This document shows positions 1 through 12,089 of a DNA stretch of 64,000 nucleotides, piece by piece. The stretch comes from Mustelus asterias (Eukaryota). The position numbers and the translations under genes were made by a program. The notes beneath the pieces were generated by a model, which saw only the letters and a program-made list of their open reading frames with translations, did not search any database and was not told the DNA's origin. Every line of letters starts with the position of its first letter. The stretch's first letter is position 1. The stretch covers positions 12,834,001 through 12,898,000 of the forward strand of contig NC_135808.1 in assembly GCF_964213995.1 (NCBI RefSeq). Direction: 5' to 3'.

Positions 1-370
1 GTCTTCTGAAAAAGTAGAGGCGTTGGCGGGCTTTCCTAACTACAGTGTCTGCTTGGGGGGACCAGTACAGGTTGTTGGTGATTTGGACACCTAAAAACTT
101 GAAGTTCTCGACCATTTCTGCTTCATCCCATTGATGTAGACGGAGCATGTTCTCCACTACGTTTCTTGAAGTCGATGACTATCTCCTTCATTTTGCTGAC
201 ATTGAGGGAGAGATTATTGTCGTCGCATCAGTTCACTAGATTCTCTATCTCTTTCCTGTACTCCGTCTCGTCCGACCCACTACGGTGGTGTCATCAGCAA
301 ATTTGAAAATCAAGTTGGAGGGGAATTTGGCCACACAGTCATAGGTGTAGAAGAAGTATAATAATGGGTT
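1..370 (-). mobile_element. Rex1/Babar LINE RT fragment
   Basis: Minus strand encodes FADDTTVVG and KARQRLYFFRR. Confidence 0.8.
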
Positions 371-560
371 GTAAGTAATTTATGTGTTAATCGTTATATT
401 CCTAGCAATACTTTGATCATGACTCATGTTTTCCTATCAGCTATTTTGCTACTTTGCGGCTACTTGATTCCTGCACATCAGGTTTTATGTCTAGCCCAAT
501 TTAAAACAGGAGAGTTATGTGTTAATTTTCATATTCTGCAGCAATACTTTTGACGATTAC

Positions 561-836
561 TCATATTTTCCAATCGGCTATTTGTGTACTCTGAGGCCAG
601 TTGATACCTGCACACTGGACATGAACATCAAACTTCAAGTAAACATAATCCGGAAATAAAGATTAAAATCTGATGCCACCTTAACCTAATATATGTGGTT
701 AATTAAGCATGGAATTAAACACCATGCACAGGAAAATATTTGTCCATCAACATAAATCAGAATTTGAAAGGCATTGCAAATGGCAAATTGTTTTTATTTA
801 GATGGCTTGTCGCAGTCAGAGAAGTATTTCACGGAT
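561..836 (-). CDS. Gene A candidate terminal exon: either 836-829 (DP*, AATAAA at 798-793) or 607-561 (GINWPQSTQIADWKI*)
   Basis: Two phase-1-compatible acceptors (ccttctatcctgcctcatag and gtccagtgtgcag); cannot choose between them without RNA data, and the gene could continue beyond the window. Confidence 0.35.
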
Positions 837-994
837 CTATGAGGCAGGATAGAAGGCACACATATTTTAATGCGGTTAAAAAAGTCTAATCTAATGATGA
901 ATCAATTAGAGCTTCCTTGCCTTTCGGTAATAATGTTATATGCTGTTAACTGCATCAATGCAGGTTTACAATAAAAACTTGAATGGTAAAATGC

Positions 995-1257
995 CGGGAC
1001 AGCACGGTGGCATAGTGGTTAGCACTGCTGCCTCACAGCTCCAGGGGTCTGGGTTCGATTCCCGGCTTGGGTCACTGTCTGTGTGGAGTTTGCACATTCT
1101 CCCCGTGTCTGCGTGGGTTTCCTCCGGGTGCTCGGGCTTCCTCCCACAGTCCAAAAATTTGTGGGTTAGGTTGATTGGTGACGCTAAATTTGCCCATAGT
1201 GTCCCGGGATGTGTAGGTTAGCGGGGTAAATGTGTGGGGTCATGGGGATAGGGCCTG
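995..1257 (+). mobile_element. HE1-type V-SINE (3' truncated)
   Basis: tRNA-like A/B boxes plus V-domain TGTGGAGTTTGCACATTCTCCCCGTGTCTGCGTGGGTTTCCTCCGGGTGCTC. Confidence 0.9.
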
Positions 1258-1619
1258 GATGCTGTGGGATAAGGCTTGGGCTGGGGAATTGGCAGCAAAG
1301 ACAAAGTCACCCTTTCCCGATGCAGGGTCCCTTAATCAGGTACCAAGTACCTTTGAATAAATACCATTCCCTGGAGCTTGCAAGCAAATCTGATGAACCT
1401 CATGCTGAGTTCCCACCCACTACTGAGTGAATACAGCAGCAGCAGGATGTGGGCCTTTAGCAGGCATTAGTTACTTCATCTATGGGTCTTCCTGCCTTGA
1501 ACTTAATCAGGGCCACTATGGGAATACGACAGGGTCCCACCCAACACCACCCCATCCAATTAACTGGGCCCACTCCCCCCTTCAAACTTGTCTTGGGGAA
1601 TACATTGAATTGAAATTTA

Positions 1620-1997
1620 TAGAATCTCTACAGAAGTGCAGAAGGAGGCCATTCAGCCCATCGAGTCTGCACCAACTCTCCGACAGAGCATCTTAACCAG
1701 GCCCATCCCTCACCCTATCCCTGTAACTCCACTAATCCCCCAAATCTACACATCATGGGACATTAAGGGCCAGCCAGCGATGTCCCAACAAAATGATAAT
1801 TTAAAAATTTTAGCATGGCCAATCAACTCAACCTTCACATCTTTGGAGGGTGGGAGGAAACTGGAGTATCTGGAAGAAACTCACATAGACACGGGGAGAA
1901 CGTGCGAGCTCCACACAGTCACCGAAGACTGGAATTGAAACCGGATCCCTGGCGCTGTGAGGCAGCAGTGCTTTTCATTGTGCCACCCTGCCGCCCG
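1620..1997 (-). mobile_element. HE1-type V-SINE, CR1 tail
   Basis: Same consensus. Confidence 0.85.
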
Positions 1998-2084
1998 TGA
2001 TACAATTGTCTGAGTACGGCTGTGATATTGATAAAATCTGCTGTTGTGTCATGACAGACACCTGCAAATTGTTTAATTTCTCTG

Positions 2085-2215
2085 TGATTTGATTTATTAT
2101 TGTCACATGTATTTACAGTCAAAAGTATTGTTTCTTGTGCGCTATACAGACAAAGCATACCATAGGTAGAGAAGGAAAGGAGAGAGTGCAGAATGTAGTG
2201 TTACAGTTATAGCTC
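2085..2215 (-). mobile_element. Rex1/Babar 3' tail
   Basis: GTGACAATAATAAATCAAATCA tail, as at 9750, 20050 and 50760. Confidence 0.65.
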
Positions 2216-2342
2216 CCAACAAAGGGGGGAATGACAATTCTTTTGGGCCAGCGCTTTGACAATGCTGGAAAGGTGGTGGGATTATATTTGTAAGTCAAAT
2301 GGCCAAGCCGATATATAACTTTCCACAAAGCATTCCTCTTAC

Positions 2343-2399
2343 CTGAACATCTTGACTGGACATTTTCTTTTTCTGTTTGCTCCTGATTCCGCTTACAGC
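2343..2399 (-). CDS. Gene A cytoplasmic exon (GCKRNQEQTEKENVQSRCS)
   Basis: Strong acceptor ttttcttctcttag and donor CAG|GTAAGA, 57 nt, phase 1-1, open frame. Confidence 0.75.
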
Positions 2400-2707
2400 C
2401 TAAGAGAAGAAAACCTTGTTAACCTTTCTCTGGTATTGATCGATTGTTGCAATTGTTAGAACCCACAGTTTAAATCAATATTAGCACGTGAAAATAATGA
2501 TGCCTTTAAAAAATGCATTGTAACATTGTGCAGGTAAAGTTGCACATTCAACATTCCTGCGTCCTACTGTCTGTCAATGGACTCAAGAGCAGCACTCAGT
2601 GTCAATCACCTTATGAGGTAAATTTTTTTTCTTTTGTACGATCATGATTACTATTGTTTAATCAACATTGTGCTTACTTCAACCATGCAATTAGTTTTGA
2701 TGTTAAC

Positions 2708-2900
2708 AGCACGATGGCATGGTGGCTAGCATTGCTGTTCCACAGTGCCTGAGAATGGGGTTCAATTCTGGCCTCGAGTCACTGTCTATGTGGGGTTTGC
2801 GCTTCTCCTTGTGTCTACGTGGGTTTCCTCTGGGTGCTCTGGTTTCCTCTCACAATGCAAAGCTGTGCAGATTAGGTGGATTGGTCACGGTACATAGTCC
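2708..2900 (+). mobile_element. HE1-type V-SINE (degenerate)
   Basis: Same consensus. Confidence 0.75.
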
Positions 2901-3499
2901 TTGGGTACATAGTCCTAACTTGCACATTGAGAAGCTGACAGGATTGGGTCAAACATGGATTTATATCATTTCTGAGTTCATCTCCCTTAAATTCAACTGG
3001 GAATAATATTGTACAGGGTGTCGTTCATCTGGTTAATGTCAGCGCAACGCATTGGATGAAAGGCAATAAAAGATTGGAAGTAAAATGAACACTATTACAG
3101 AAATGAACAAGAACCCAGAAAATAATCAGGGGCAAGATTCTTCGGTCTCCCAGCCGTGTGTTTCCCACCAGCGGGAGGTGGCACATTGTTTGCTAATAGT
3201 GGGACTCTCCGGTTCCGCCGCTATCAATAAGAATTCGCATTGATGTCACAGGGTGGGGGCTATGGGATAAGGCGGGGGATTTGGCAGCAAAGGCAGATCA
3301 CCCTTTCCCGATGTCACCCCACGCTGGCGGGAAACCCGCAGCTGGGAGTGCATCGTTGGCAGGATCGGAAAATCCCGCCAGCGTGAACGGCTGGAGAATT
3401 CCAACCCAGATTTTATTTTCATGTTGCTGGACTGAGGTCACTTTGAACAGAAGAATAAATCATTCATTGATCTCCATCATTGATGGGTGAATGTCACCG

Positions 3500-3657
3500 A
3501 ATTGAATCCCTACAGTGCAGAAGGAAGCCATTTGGCCCATCGAATCTGCACTGACAACAATTCCACCCAGTTCTTATCGCCATAATTCCGCAAATTTACC
3601 CTGTTAATTTACCCTGACACTAAGGGGCAATTCAACAGTGGCCACCACTGTGCCACC
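3500..3657 (-). mobile_element. HE1-type V-SINE, internally deleted
   Basis: Tail and 5' tip only. Confidence 0.75.
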
Positions 3658-3771
3658 CAAACGTCTTTTAATTAATATTGGGTATTCATGATAAAACTGA
3701 AAAGTAAGAAAAAAATGTACAGACAGCATTTGTAACGGTACAGGAGAATGTCTGACAACATTATCGCTTAC

Positions 3772-3864
3772 CTCTTTGCGTTTTCACGGTGAAACATAAG
3801 AAGATAAAAATAACAATGAGGCTTAAATATCGAACTTTTGCTTCAACTCCTGGTCTTTGTTCCT
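3772..3864 (-). CDS. Gene A transmembrane exon (EEQRPGVEAKVRYLSLIVIFIFLCFTVKTQR)
   Basis: Acceptor cacatctacag|AG and donor AGAG|GTAAGC, 93 nt, phase 1-1; hydrophobic run followed by basic residues. Confidence 0.75.
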
Positions 3865-4070
3865 CTGTAGATGTGCAATAGATTAAGGAGTTAGTTATTT
3901 CACTGAAATAGTAGGAATAAGCATCGCTATTAGTTATTATTTGAGTACATTCATTTGGAAAAATTGGAACTTCCAATACACTAATACATGTCATTGATAT
4001 ATGTATCTTAGGTCACTGTGGTGACTGAATGAAAAGCAACCTATTAATTATTTCTGCTCCTGTTATTAAG

Positions 4071-4378
4071 CATAGAATCCCTATCGTGCAGAAGGAGGCC
4101 ATTCAGTCCAATGATCTTACACCGCCAACAATCCCACCCAGTCCCTATCCCGATAACCCCACGTATGTACCTTGTTAATCCTCCGACACTAATTTAGCAT
4201 GGCCAATCCACCTAACCCGCACATCTTTGGACTGTGGGAAGAAACCAGAGCACCCGGAGGAAACCCAAGCAGACAAAGGGAGAACATGCAAACTCCACAC
4301 CAATAGTCACTCAAGGCCAGAATTGAACCCAGGTCCCTGGTGCTGTGAGGCAGCAGTGCTAATCACTGTGCCACCACC
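4071..4378 (-). mobile_element. HE1-type V-SINE
   Basis: Same consensus. Confidence 0.9.
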
Positions 4379-5125
4379 GGAGATAGGAATCTTATTTCTT
4401 TCATTTACAGCAGCTTTTACCTGTCATTGAAAATAAACTGCTTCTAACTCTGGAGATATCGCAAACTTATGCAGGCTTTTAACTTTAGGTGGTTAACTTT
4501 GATAGCTAACGATAAAATGGATTCCTTTACTCCCCCTTGATCTTGCTCTCTGATATCTCTACCCAAGCCATGCTCATTATCCAGACAGTAAAGACGATTC
4601 CCCAGCTGTGCTCGCCCCAAAACTGGAGAATCCCGCCCGAGATCAGTGGACCTTTGCGTGGTCTGTCCCCGCCCGCTACAATTCCCATGGCGGGCGTGAT
4701 GAGAGAATTCCCCCAAAATTCTGCCGACATTGTATGTCACAGCTTCCACATACTAAATACATGGTTTAATTCGCAGCTGTAATTTCTCCTCATTGTACTT
4801 ACTATATATAATCCGCATTTATATATGGGAACAGATACCATTACACACATGCTTAATACTTATTCATTCAAATTTTATATTTCCATGACTTAGAGTATAT
4901 TCAGTTTCATAAACAGAATTATTCTGAATGTGGACTGTTAAGAAACACCAGCTTATTATTACATTGGTAATGTTGATTTTTTTTGTGGCCCATATTTTTA
5001 TTTATTTCCAATTTATTATTTTCAACCTGCCTTCTCATTAATGCTTTAGGTACATCGCATACTTCACCATGCCATCCCTACTGGGAGGGCAAGGTTCAAA
5101 TGAATTGATTTGGAAATAGACCCTT

Positions 5126-5476
5126 TCATAGAAATCATAGAAACCCGACAGTGCAGAAGTAGGCCTTTTGTCCCATTGAGTCTGCACTGATTCACTGATG
5201 GAGCATTCCACCCAGACCCTATCCTAGTAACCCTATATATTTACCCAGCTAATCCCCCATAATCTACACATCTTGGGACAGTAAGAGGCAATTTTAGCAT
5301 AGCCAATGCACCTAACCTGCACATCTTTGGACCGTGGGAGGAAACCGGAGCACCTAGAGGAAACTCACGCAGACACAGGGGGAAACATGCAAACTCCACA
5401 CAGACAGTGACCCAAGCCAGGAATCAAACCCGGGTCACTGGTGCTATGAGGCAGCCGTGCTAACCACTGTGCCACC
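5126..5476 (-). mobile_element. HE1-type V-SINE
   Basis: Same consensus. Confidence 0.9.
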
Positions 5477-5609
5477 CTTAAATGACAACATTATTAATCA
5501 CTGTTTAGGTTTCAGCTGGAATATTGTGTCCAAACTAGATGCCTCAATTTAAGAAGGGCATCGAAATATTGAAGAGGGTGCAGGAGAGGGGCAGACTGGC
5601 ATCAAGGAT

Positions 5610-5940
5610 TAGAATCATAGAATTCCTACAGTGTAGAAGGAGGCCATTCGGCCCATCAAGTCTGCACCGACCCCAATCCCACCCAACCCCTGTCCCCGTA
5701 GCCACATGTATTTACCCTGCTAGCCCCTCTGACACTGAGTGGTAATTTTAGCATGGCCAAACAACCTGACCCCGCACATCTTTGGACTGAGGGAGGAAAC
5801 CAGAGCACCCAGAGGAAACCTACGCAGACACGGGGAGAACATGCAAACTCCACACATACAGTGACCCAAGCTGGGAATTGAACCCGGATCCGTGGCACTG
5901 TGAGGCAGCTGTGCTAACCACTGTGCCGCCGTGCTGCCCT
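5610..5940 (-). mobile_element. HE1-type V-SINE
   Basis: Same consensus. Confidence 0.9.
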
Positions 5941-6056
5941 AGAGAATTCAGTTATGTGGGAACACTACAGAAATTGGGATTGTTCTCAGAGCAGAAAAGA
6001 TTACTGGGGCATTAAATAGAGGTGTTCCAAATTAACTTGGGATATGATATTAGCTT

Positions 6057-6415
6057 GGGCGGCACGGTAGCACAGTGGTTAGCACTGCTGCTTCACAGCT
6101 CCAGGGACCTGGGTTGAATTCCTGGCTTGCGTCACTGTCTGTGTGGAGTTTGCACATTCTCCTCGTGTCTGCGTGGGTTTCCTCCGGGTGCTCCGGTTTC
6201 CTCCCACAGTCCAAAGATGTGCGGGTTAGGTTGATTGGCCATGCTAAAAAATTGCCCCTTAGTGTCCTGAGATGCGTAGGTTAGAGGGATTAGTGGGTAA
6301 AATATGTAGGGATATGGGGATAGGGCCTGGGTGGGATTGTGGTCGGTGCAGACTCGATGGGCCGAATGGCCTCTTTCTGTACTGTAGGATTTCTATGATT
6401 TCTATGATTTCTATG
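6057..6415 (+). mobile_element. HE1-type V-SINE, full length and young
   Basis: Complete head and V-domain; (ATTTCTATG)n tail. Confidence 0.95.
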
Positions 6416-7189
6416 ACAGAGTAAATAAGGAGAAAGGCAGGAGGATCTGTAACTAAAAGACACAGATAATTGTCCAAAAAATGCCATGATCGGGAATTAG
6501 CTGCTGAAAGGCTGGAGGGAGCAGATTCAATGGTAACTTTCGAAATAGAATTGCACATGTACTTGAAAGAAAATATTTGCAGGGCTATGGGGATATTGGA
6601 AGGGAATGGGACTAATTAGATAGGTCTTTCAAAGAGGTAAAATGGGCTGAATGGCATTTTTGTGTTCTTTGATTGAACCTCAGTTTTGAAGGAAGGACAT
6701 AATTATTTTGATATCCGTTCATGGCGACGTGAACGTAACATGAGAACAAGTAAAGAGAGGTGATAACTCAGCTCACTCCCTTGTGTCAGATGTGGCAGTT
6801 TTCAAGTTGTGAACCTCTTGTCTTCTCATGCAAAACCTAAAGAAGAGCATCAGGTCTTCTGTTCAATTTCAGTGATTAGTTGGTACAAGGCCACAGAGAT
6901 ACAAACAGTTGTCTTCTGAGGAGGATTGAATGGTTCTGTATCAGTTACTGCAGGAGGCATTTTTATTCTGCAAAATTATCAGATTAGTGATTCATTTTGA
7001 GATGGATGCCTAGAATTAAGGTACAACTGGTGATATTAGTGGGCTAATGCCTAATTTGCTCCTGTTACATTCTTCTACCCTGTACCTTAATGGAAACCAT
7101 CATGATAAATCAAGATGAGGTAGCTGTTTCTAGCTTATCTTCCACAGAAACCCACTGTCCCCATTGCAGTATCAAACTGCGCATGTTTA

Positions 7190-7487
7190 AACTTTATTCA
7201 TTAGTGTCATAAGTAGGCTTACATTAACAGTGCAATGAAGTTACTGTGAAAATCCCTAGTCACCACACTCTGTTCGAGTACACTGAAGGAGAATTTAGCA
7301 TGGCCAATGCACCTAACCAGCACGCCTTTCGGACTGTGGGATGAAGCCGGAGCACCCAGAGGGAATCCAGGCAGACACGGGGAGAACTTGCAGACTCTGC
7401 ACAGACAGTGACCCAAGCCGGGAATCGAACCTGGGTCCCGAGCGCTGTGAGGCAGCAGTGCTAACCACTGTGCCACCGTGCTGCCCC
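7190..7487 (-). mobile_element. V-SINE with alternative tail B
   Basis: Tail ...TAATGTAAGCCTACTTATGACACTAAT. Confidence 0.9.
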
Positions 7488-7904
7488 TAGAAGGATGTCA
7501 GAGTTTTTCCTCCACTCCTAACCAAAGACAATTTCAGTTCAGTTGCATTCTGTACGGCAGAATTCAGATCTGAACAGTATTTTATCTGTTAGTACCAATG
7601 CGCTCATTTCCGACAATTGAATTGAATACATCAACAAAGAAGTGAACGATGAAGGAATATTGTGAATTAAATCCAGTGATCTGGCCACAAACAATTTAGT
7701 GAAGAGGTTACCACTATGTACTAGACCCCTTATAGGTTTCCAACCAGGTCAGTAGATAAAATGGATGAGATGTGATATTTACAGCTCTCCAATTCTGCCC
7801 CATTCATCAGACCCGATTTTAACCCTTCCGCCAGTGGCAACCATGCCTTCAGGTGCCGAGTTCAAGACTTTCCTCCTTAATCCTGAATGCCTCTCTATCT
7901 CCCT

Positions 7905-8465
7905 CATCTATACAAGGCACTAGTCAGACCACACACAGGAATGCTGTGAACAGTTTTGGTCGCCTTATCTAAGGAAAGATATACTGGCATTGGAGGCAGT
8001 TCAGGTTCACTAGGTTGATCCCAGGTATGGAGGGATTTTCTTATGAGATGAGATTAAGTAGGTTGAGCCCATACTCATTGGGGTTTAGAAGAATGAGAGG
8101 CGACCTTATCGAGACAGATAGGATTCTCAGGGAGCTTGACAGGGTAGATGCTAAGAAGCTGTTTCCCCTCATGGGACAGTCTAGGACCAGAGGTCATATT
8201 CTCGAGGTAAAGACAGAGATGAGGAGGATGCTTTCTCTCAGTGGGTAGTAAATCAGTGGGATTCTTTACCGCAGTGAGCTATAGAGGCTGTGTCCTTGTT
8301 CTGAGATCGACAGATTTTTAATCAGTAAGGGAATCAAGGGTTGTGGGGGTAAGGCGGGAAAGTGAAATTAAGGATTATCACATCAGATCGGTCATGATCT
8401 CATTAAATGGTGGAGCAGACTTGATGGGCTGAATGGCTACCTCTGCTCCTACATCTGATGGTCTC
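7905..8465 (+). mobile_element. Old CR1 LINE 3' fragment
   Basis: Degenerate LVRPH, RRMRGDLIE and SRTRGH motifs. Confidence 0.8.
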
Positions 8466-8831
8466 CCTTAAGACCCTCCTTGAAACCTATCCCCTTGACC
8501 AAGCTTTAGGTTGCTATACATCTAATTTTTCCTTAAGTGATTATTTGATAATTCCTCCTGTAAAACCGCTTGGGATATTTTACTCTGTTAAAGCACTGCA
8601 TAAATGTAGCTGGATTTTGACATGTTTCATATAATGTTCTCACCACATATTAAATAAACTTATCCTGACATTCTGCAAACTAAAACCAAAAATCTTTACA
8701 AAGCAGAGGAGGTTTGCATTGCTCTCAAGAAATAAATTCTGAATTTAATGTGGACCGCTGCTAATTCAATAAGTACATCATTGCTGGAAATATTCTTTAC
8801 AATTGAGTAAATCCAGTGGAGAAGTACCTAC

Positions 8832-9206
8832 CAATTCTGCAGCTGGAGACGGGCTGGACTGTTAACACAAACTTGGCCATCTCTGTTCCTGTTGAGTGGC
8901 TAATGGATAATTCATAAATCCCGCTATCGTTAAGCTGCAAATACTTCAGCAGCAATGAAGCATTCTCTGGGAAAAAAACGGTCCGAAGTCTGTAGTCATC
9001 TCGAACAGACTGGCGGTAATTGCATTCAGTGAGCTTGTTGCCTGTCTTCGACAGGCATCTATATTCCACAATTCTAGTCTTGGCTTTGAGCCATTTGATC
9101 CTGAGGTACCCGTCTGAGTTTGAGACCGTGTAAGAGGCGGATAGGAGCACGGACTGGCCAACAGTTCCATTCAGACTGTTCTGATTCACCTTCAGTGTTA
9201 CAGCGG
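8832..9206 (-). CDS. Gene A exon 2: Ig V-set domain, HEPACAM/CD2/CEACAM-like
   Basis: Acceptor ctccatctttag|CC and donor ATTG|GTAGGT, 375 nt, phase 1-1. Motifs NGTVGQSVLLSASY, RIKW, NASLLLKYLQLNDSGIYELSIS and FVLTV resemble the HEPACAM N-domain. Confidence 0.9.
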
Positions 9207-9348
9207 CTAAAGATGGAGATAATAGTTTCTTTAAAAGAAAAGTGACAATATATAGAATTACATTGTTTAAACTATTGCATATAAGCAATTGATTAATTGA
9301 TAAATAATTAATAAAAATTCATTGCATCTTACATATTTTAATGTGAAA

Positions 9349-9576
9349 GGATGGCACAATGGCACAGTGATTAACACTGCTGCATCGGTTTCGTCCGGGT
9401 GCTCCAGTTCCCTCCCACAGTCCGAAAGATGTGCTGGTTAGGTGCATTGGCCATGCAAAATTTCCCTTCAGTGTCAGGGGTAAATACCTGGGGTTGGGGC
9501 CTGGGTAGGATTGTTGTTGGTGCAAGCTCGATAGGCCAAATGGCCTCCTTCTGTACTCTAGGGACGCTATGATTCA
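9349..9576 (+). mobile_element. HE1-type V-SINE, internally deleted
   Basis: Same consensus. Confidence 0.8.
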
Positions 9577-9747
9577 ATGATGGTACTTGGTGTTTTTACA
9601 ACAATCGATGATAGTTTCAGGTCACCATTACTGAGACGAGTTTTTAATTACAGATGTTAAAAAATAATAAATTGAATTTAAATTCTGCCAGCTGCCATGG
9701 TGCGATTTGAACTTGTGTCCCCAGAGAATTTTGTTAGGCCTCTGGAA

Positions 9748-10040
9748 TTTGATTTGATTTATTATTGTCACATGTATTGGAATACAGTGAAAAGTTTCTT
9801 CTGCACTACATAACATTCTTGAGTACATAGGGGAGAAGGAAAGGAGAGGGTGCAGAATGTAGTGTTACAGTCATAGCTGGGGTGTAGAAAAAGATCAACT
9901 TAGTGCGAGGTAGGTCCATTCAAAAGTCTGATGGCAGCAGGGAAGAAGCTGTTCTTGAGTGGGTTGGTACGTGACCTCAGACTTTTGTATCTTTTTCCCG
10001 ACGGAATAAGGTGGAAGGAGAATGTCCGGGGTGCGTGGAG
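9748..10040 (-). mobile_element. Rex1/Babar 3' end
   Basis: Conserved NSFFPAAIRLLN-type end plus (ATCAA)n tail. Confidence 0.75.
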
Positions 10041-10707
10041 TACCATGGCTCCTTGTATCTGGGGCATTCCCCAACATCAGAAAAAGTTTTTTAATCGTTC
10101 ATGGGGTGTGGGCATCGCTGGTTGGGCCAACATTTATTATCCATCCCTGAAGACATTTAAGAGTTAATCATATTGCTGTGCCTCTGGAGTCACATGTAGG
10201 CCAGACCAGGTAAGGACGGCATTTTTCCTTCCCTAAAGGACATTAGTGAACCTGATGGCTTTTTAACGACAATCGACAATGGTTTCATGGCCATCATTAG
10301 GCTTTTAATCCCAGTGTACAGCAATTAATAATAACATTTCATTAATGTTTGTGTAAGGACTAACCCATATGGCTTTTATAAACCTTATATACTAACTGCT
10401 GAAAACAGTGGTGATATTGGGAGAATGTGGAACAGGGTCAAAGATATAATGGTCGAACAAACGGCCGTTAGACTGGCAGGAATTATTCTGACCCCTTTAG
10501 ATTTGACAAATTGTGGTTACTTTTAGAATCACATGGGACAAAAGGAGGTCAGTAGACCCATTGCGTCTCTTTGACAGAGATATCAGAATTGTCCTGCTGA
10601 CCAGATCTTTTAAGTGAACCTGCAAATATTTCCTCTTCTGAAATTCAACAGTTGTCAAACCACAAATGGAAATAAGTTCTCATTTGATTCGAAACACAAC
10701 TGAGTGA

Positions 10708-11725
10708 TAGAACATAGAACAGTACAGCACAGAACAGGCCCTTCGGCCCACGATGTTGTGCCGAGCTTTATCTGAAACCAAGATCAAGCTATCCCACTCC
10801 CTATCATCCTGGTGTGCTCCATGTGCCTATCCAATAACTGCTTAAATGCTCCTGAAGTGTCTGACTCCACTATCACTGCAGGCAGTCCATTCCACACCCC
10901 AACCACTCTCTGCGTAAAGAACCTACCTCTGATATCCTTCCTATATCTCCCACCACGAACCCTATAGTTATGCCCCCTTGTAATAGCTCCATCCACCCGA
11001 GGAAATAGTCTTTGAGCGTTCACTCTATCTATCCCCTTCATCATTTTATAAACCTCTATGAAGTCTCCCCTCAGCCTCCTCTGCTCCAGAGAGAACAGCC
11101 CTAGCTCCCTCAACCTTTCCTCATAAGACCTACCCTCCAAACCAGGCAGCATCCTGGTAAATCTCCTCTGCACTCTTTCCAGCGCTTCCACATCCTTCTT
11201 ATAGTGAGGTGACCAGAACTGCACACAATATTCCAAATGTGGTCTCACCAAGGTCCTGTACAGTTGCAGCATAACCCCACGGCTCTTAAACGCTAACCCC
11301 CCATTAATAAAAGCTAACACACTATAGGCCTTCTTCACAGCTCTATCCACTTGACTGGCAACCTTTAGAGATCTGTGGATATGGACCCCAAGATCTCTCT
11401 GTTCCTCCACAGTCTTCAGAACCCTACCTTTGACCCTGTAATCCACATTTAAATTAGTCCTACCAAAATGAATCACCTCACATTTATCAGGGTTAAACTC
11501 CATTTGCCATTTTTCAGCCCAGCTTTGCATCCTATCTATGTCTCTTTGCAGCCTACAACTCCCTCCACCTCATTCACTACTCCACCAATCTTGGTGTCAT
11601 CAGCAAATTTACTGATCCACCCTTCAGCCCCCTCCTCTAAGTCATTAATAAAAATCACAAAGAGCAGAGGACCAAGCACTGATCCCTGTGGCACTCCGCT
11701 AGCAACCTGCCTCCAATCCGAAAAT
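10708..11725 (-). mobile_element. Young 5'-truncated CR1 (HER1-like) LINE in gene A intron 1
   Basis: ORF 10784-11530 encodes the RT C-terminus; (TTCTATG)n tail; near-identical to 36555-37580. Confidence 0.95.
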
Positions 11726-11855
11726 GATGTGTTGATGAATTTTGTTAAACGATGGTTCTGTTATATACCATCGATGTATTATCCCAAATCATTCCTCCAA
11801 ATCTCTCACAATCTAAATAAAATTTGAAGCACGCTTAATTGTAGCAGACACTTAC

Positions 11856-11922
11856 CAATCAGAATGAAGTAACTAGAAGCAAAAAGATAGACACCGAACA
11901 TACTATTTCCTTTAAGTGGCAT
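11856..11922 (-). CDS. Gene A exon 1: signal peptide MPLKGNSMFGVYLFASSYFILI (phase-1 donor)
   Basis: ATG at 11922, 22 codons with a hydrophobic core, then G|GTAAG donor at 11855; phase matches the IgV exon acceptor. Confidence 0.8.
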
Positions 11923-12089
11923 TGAGTTACTGATTCTGTTCAGGTGTTTCCAGTTGAGTTTAATCGAAGGGTGGTTTGGCCGTTGTTAATGTGGAAACAT
12001 CAACAGTATAACAATTCAAACCTCTTCCAGGGTGAGGTTTGATCGCAAGCATCGAGATGATGCCCCTGACTCAGAATCTGACCTCGTTT

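Noticed and set aside
6057-6130. tRNA gene-like A and B boxes
   Set aside because: SINE heads that continue into the V-domain; not tRNA genes.
7523-7569. Possible gene A stalk exon (DLNSAVQNATELKLSL) behind a TACTAAC branch point
   Set aside because: The best donor, GTTAGG, is phase 0 and incompatible with the phase-1 TM exon; only a weak GTGGAG donor fits. Worth checking in RNA-seq but unsupported.
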